From the human T2T-CHM13v2.0 reference genome, Homo sapiens: 64,000 nt of DNA. The translations under genes were made by a program, and so were the position numbers. This document shows positions 58,353 through 64,000 of the stretch, piece after piece (position 1 is the stretch's first letter; every line of letters starts with the position of its first letter). The stretch lies in the NCBI RefSeq assembly GCF_009914755.1, contig NC_060933.1; one strand, written 5' to 3'. The notes under the pieces are model-generated. The model was not told the DNA's origin, did not search any database, and worked only from the letters and a program-made list of their open reading frames with translations.

Positions 58353-58877
58353 TGATTAGTTCTTTTAATTTAAAAAATACTGAATTCTATCTTGCGTTAT
58401 CTTTCAAAAGACGGTGATTATAATTCTTCTATAATCTCTGTTGTAAATTCTGATTCCTCAAGTGGGGGTTCTCTTGGACTTGACACCTCCTGTTTGTGAC
58501 TTTTTTTTCCTCTCAGATTTAGCTTTTTCCCCCACCAGGGTGTCTCCATCTTTGTTTCTGTCATAGTGTCTCAGCCTGACTATGAGTGCTGTGTGCGTTT
58601 TCTGTGGCCTGTCTGCAGTGACCACAGTGGGTGGTGGGCACACTGTGGGGCTGGACTGCTGGCTCCTCAGGGGGTGGTGGGTGCGTTGTGGGCCGGACTG
58701 CTGGCTCCTCAGGGGCCCACAGCTGCTGGGTGTTGCGTCCTCTCCTAGGACAGATAAGGCGGGCACCTCGTGGTGCGGACAACTGCCCTAGCCCTGGGGC
58801 TTCTCCACTCCCAGGCTGGCCGGCCTGACCCGACCTCAACCTTTTGCAGTATTCTTCTGTACATGGCAAAGCTTTAG

Positions 58878-59918
<1,041 letters not shown>

Positions 59919-60427
59919 TAAATGGAATTATAATGTATGTAACCTTTTGAGAGTAGCTTTTGTCACTCAGCATAGTTCTCTTAAGATCATCCAAGTTACG
60001 TCATTAGCCCGTCCCGTTCTCTGCTGAGGCCTTGGTGTTCTGTGGGGTGTGGACAGCCTTGTACGTCGGCACTCACCCGCTGAAGGACACTGGGCATTTT
60101 TACTTTAGAGCTGCTCGGGGCATTTACGTACACGTTTTGGATGTAAGATTTACTTCTGTGGGTCAAACACACAGGAGCATAATCACTGGGTTCTATGGCC
60201 TTCGGGTGTTTCATTGAACGAGGAAATTGCTGAACCACACTCCAGAGTGGCTGCAGCCTTTCACACGCCCACCGGCGATGTTGCAGTGGCCGCCTTTCTC
60301 CCCTCCTCGCCGGCGTCCTCGCCAGCGTTAGCTCTTACCCACTTTTTATTTAGCGCTTCTGTTGGGTGCGCTGGTGTTTCCTCGAGGCTTCAGCGTGCGT
60401 ATCCCTGTGACTGCTGATGGGGAGCAT

Positions 60428-63240
60428 CCTCTCCCAGACTTCTCACACTCACCCCTCCCAGACTTCTCACACTCACCCCCTCCCAGACTTCTCACACTCA
60501 CCCCTCCCAGACTTCTCACACTCACCCCTCCCAGACTTCTCACACTCGCCCCCTCCCAGACTTCTCACACTCACCCCTCCCAGACTTCTCACACTCACCC
60601 CCTCCCAGACTTCTCACACTCACCCCTCCCAGACTTCTCACACTCACCCCCTCCCAGACTTCTCACACTCACCCCCTCCCAGACTTCTCACACTCACTCC
60701 TCCCAGACTTCTCACACTCACCCTCCCAGACTTCTCACACTCACCCCCTCCCAGACTTCTCACACTCACCCCCACCCAGACTTCTCACACTCACCCCCTC
60801 CCAGACTTCTCACACTCACCCCACCCAGACTTCTCACACTCACCCCCCCGACTTCTCACACTCACCCCTCCCAGACTTCTCACACTCACTCCTCCCAGAC
60901 TTCTTGCACTCACCCCCCCAGACTTCTCACACTCGCCCCCTCCCAGACTTCTCACACTCACCCCTCCCAGACTTCTCACACTCACCCCCCCGACTTCTCA
61001 CACTCACCCCTCCCAGACTTCTCACACTCACTCCTCCCAGACTTCTCACACTCACCCCCTCCCAGACTTCTCACACTCACTCCTCCCAGACTTCTCACAC
61101 TGACCCTCCCCCCCCAGACTTCTCACACTCACCCCCTCCCAGACTTCTCACACTCACCCCCCCGACTTCTCACACTCACCCCTCCCAGACTTCTCACACT
61201 CACTCCTCCCAGACTTCTCACACTCGCCCCCTCCCAGACTTCTCACACTCACCCCCACCCAGACTTCTCACACTCACCCCTCCCAGACTTCTCACACTCA
61301 CCCCCTCCCAGACTTCTCACACTCACCCCCTCCCAGACTTCTCACACTCACCCCCTCCCAGACTTCTCGCACTCACCCCCCCAGACTTCTCACACTCACC
61401 CCCCCAGACTTCTCACACTCACCCCCTCCCAGACTTCTCACACTCACCCCCACCCAGACTTCTCACACTCACCCCTCCCAGACTTCTCACACTCACCCCC
61501 TCCCAGCTTCTCACACTCACCCCCTCCCAGACTTCTCACACTCACTCCCAGACTTCTCACACTCACTCCTCCCAGACTTCTCACACTCACCCCCACCCAG
61601 ACTTCTCACACTCACCCCTCCCAGACTTCTTGCACTCACCCCCCCAGACTTCTCACACTCGCCCCCTCCCAGACTTCTCACACTCACCCCTCCCAGACTT
61701 CTCACACTCACCCCCCTCCCAGACTTCTCACACTCACTCCTCCCAGACTTCTCACACTCACCCTCCCAGACTTCTCACACTCACCCCCTCCCAGACTTCT
61801 CACACTCACTCCTCCCAGACTTCTCACACTGACCCTCCCCCCCCAGACTTCTCACACTCACCCCCTCCCAGACTTCTCACACTCACCCCCCCGACTTCTC
61901 ACACTCACCCCTCCCAGACTTCTCACACTCACTCCTCCCAGACTTCTCACACTCGCCCCCTCCCAGACTTCTCACACTCACCCCCACCCAGACTTCTCAC
62001 ACTCACCCCTCCCAGACTTCTCACACTCACCCCCTCCCAGACTTCTCACACTCACCCCCTCCCAGACTTCTCACACTCATCCCCTCCCAGACTTCTCGCA
62101 CTCACCCCCCCAGACTTCTCACACTCACCCCCCCCAGACTTCTCACACTCACCCCCTCCCAGACTTCTCACACTCACCCCTCCCAGACTTCTCACACTCA
62201 CCCCTCCCAGACTTCTCACACTCGCCCCCTCCCAGACTTCTCACACTCACCCCCACCCAGACTTCTCACACTCACCCCTCCCAGACTTCTCACACTCACC
62301 CCCTCCCAGACTTCTCGCACTCACCCCTCCCAGACTTCTCACACTCACCCCCCCAGACTTCTCACACTCACCCCTCCCAGACTTCCCACACTCACCCCCT
62401 CCCAGACTTCCCACACTCATCCCCTCCCAGACTTCTCACACTCACCCCCTCCCAGACTTCTCACACTCACTCCTCCCAGACTTCTCACACTCACCCTCCC
62501 AGACTTCTCACACTCACCCCCTCCCAGACTTCTCACACTCACCCCACCCAGACTTCTCATACTCACCCCCCCAGACTTCTCACACTCACCCCTCCCAGAC
62601 TTCTCACACTCACTCCTCCCAGACTTCTCACACTCGCCCCCTCCCAGACTTCTCACACTCACCCCCACCCAGACTTCTCACACTCACCCCTCCCAGACTT
62701 CTCACACTCACCCCCCCAGACTTCTCACACTCACCCCCTCCCACGCCTCTCACCCCCTCCCAAGCCTCTCACCCCCTCCCACGCCTCTCACCCCCTCCCG
62801 CGCCTCTCACCCCCTCCCATGCCTCTCACCCTCACCCCCTCCCAAGCCCTCACCCCCTCCCACGCCTCTCACCCCCTCCCAAGCCTCTCACCCCCTCCCA
62901 CGCCTCTCACCCCCTCCCACGCCTCTCACCCCCTCCCACGCCTCACCCCCTCCCACGCCTCTCACCCCCTCCCACGCCTCTCACCCTCTCCCACGCCTCT
63001 CACCCTCTCCCACGCCTCTCACCCTCTCCCACGCCTCTCACCCTCTCCCACGCCTCTCACCTTCTCACACGCCTCTCACCCTCTCCCACGCCTCTCACCC
63101 TCTCCCACGCCTCTCACCTTCTCCCACGCCTCTCATCCTCTCCCTCTCCCACGCCTCTCACCGTCACCCTCTCCTACATCTCTCACCCTCATCCTCTCCC
63201 ACGCCTCTCACTCTTGTTCCCTCCACGCCTCTCACGCTCA
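60428..63240. repeat. Bipartite C-rich VNTR: 24-25 bp unit (tcccagacttctcacactcacccc) to ~62735, then 19-bp unit (ccccctcccacgcctctca)
   Basis: Directly visible; explains ORFs 60362..63397 and 60904..63315. Confidence 0.97.
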
Positions 63241-64000
63241 TCCCCTTGCACATTGCTTTGCTGTCGGTGTGTCATCTTTGGTGAAATGTCTTTCAGACTT
63301 CTGCTCGTTTTATGATTGCATTGTTTTGTTAGCTTTGAGAGTTCTGTATATGAGTGTTTGTCAGCTATGTGGTTTCCAGTATTTTCTGCTGGTCTGAAGC
63401 TTCTCTTCTTTCTCTCAAAAGGTCTTTCACAGAGCAAAGGTGTTTCATTTTGATGAAGTCCGGTTTATCAGTTTTCTCCTGTGGATTGTGCTGTTGGTGT
63501 TGTGTGTGATAACTCTTCACCTAGCCCTAGATCTCAATTTCTCTAATTTTTTTTTTTTTTCAGTCTTACGTGAACTTTAAATCTGTGATCCATTTTGAGT
63601 TAATGTTTGTATAAAGTCTGAGGCTTGGGCTGAGGTTGAATTTATTTTTGCCTGTGGATGGCGCCCCAGTCACAGTTTTAAAACTCACGTTAGAAACTGT
63701 ACATCATTCGTCTCTCTGAAGTTATGCTTTTATTACAGTCCTACTTCCAGGATTTTATTCTCATATATTTTTATTCGTGAGGATCTTTTATTGTCATCCT
63801 ATTACATTCCTTTAGGGAAAAAAAGCAATTTGAAATTTTTAGAAAATTCTCTGACCATGAGGCTTATTTAAGTGATCGCTTTTTTCTGGATTGAGTAATT
63901 AAAGTGTAATTGATTACAGCACATCATTTGGTTGAAAATTAGTGAACATTCACAGGCTGGTCTGTTGTAGGAAAAGAGAACTTGAGTGTTTTGAGGCTTC

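Noticed and set aside
62735-63240. PRDM9-like C-rich motif
   Set aside because: The units I checked do not fit CCNCCNTNNCCNC.
60362-63397. 1011-aa and 803-aa ORFs
   Set aside because: Stop-poor C-rich VNTR inside an L1 relic; no gene features.

Overview
Human (or very close great-ape) genomic DNA from inside the EHMT1/GLP gene (H3K9 methyltransferase, Kleefstra-syndrome gene, subtelomeric 9q34.3), transcribed on the + strand. It covers the 3' ~48 kb of intron 1, coding exon 2 (48071-48134), intron 2, coding exon 3 (55926-56482, carrying the histone-mimic ARKT/K205 motif) and the start of intron 3. The rest is repeats: about 45 Alus or Alu arms (mostly antisense, including nested stacks), old L1/L2/MIR fragments, a two-LTR MST (MaLR) element, a solo ERV1 LTR inserted into an Alu, and DNA-transposon fossils. 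Five large GC-rich minisatellites total ~8.6 kb. Nearly all long ORFs in the track are VNTR or Alu artefacts. I see no new gene or self-contained novel system. The most interesting observation is a ~2.75-kb G-rich 29-bp VNTR that ends ~50 nt upstream of the exon 3 acceptor. It is stop-free, has a strong-Kozak ATG and an ETS core in almost every unit, follows a TATA-like box, and forms an ORF in frame with EHMT1 exon 3. Also notable: VNTRs that are arrays of TF motifs (E-box+MRE; RBPJ-type), a frame-perfect exon 2-3 circle candidate, a poison-exon candidate and two template-switch scars. Gene and repeat-family assignments are from recognition, not database searches. Repeat boundaries are approximate.
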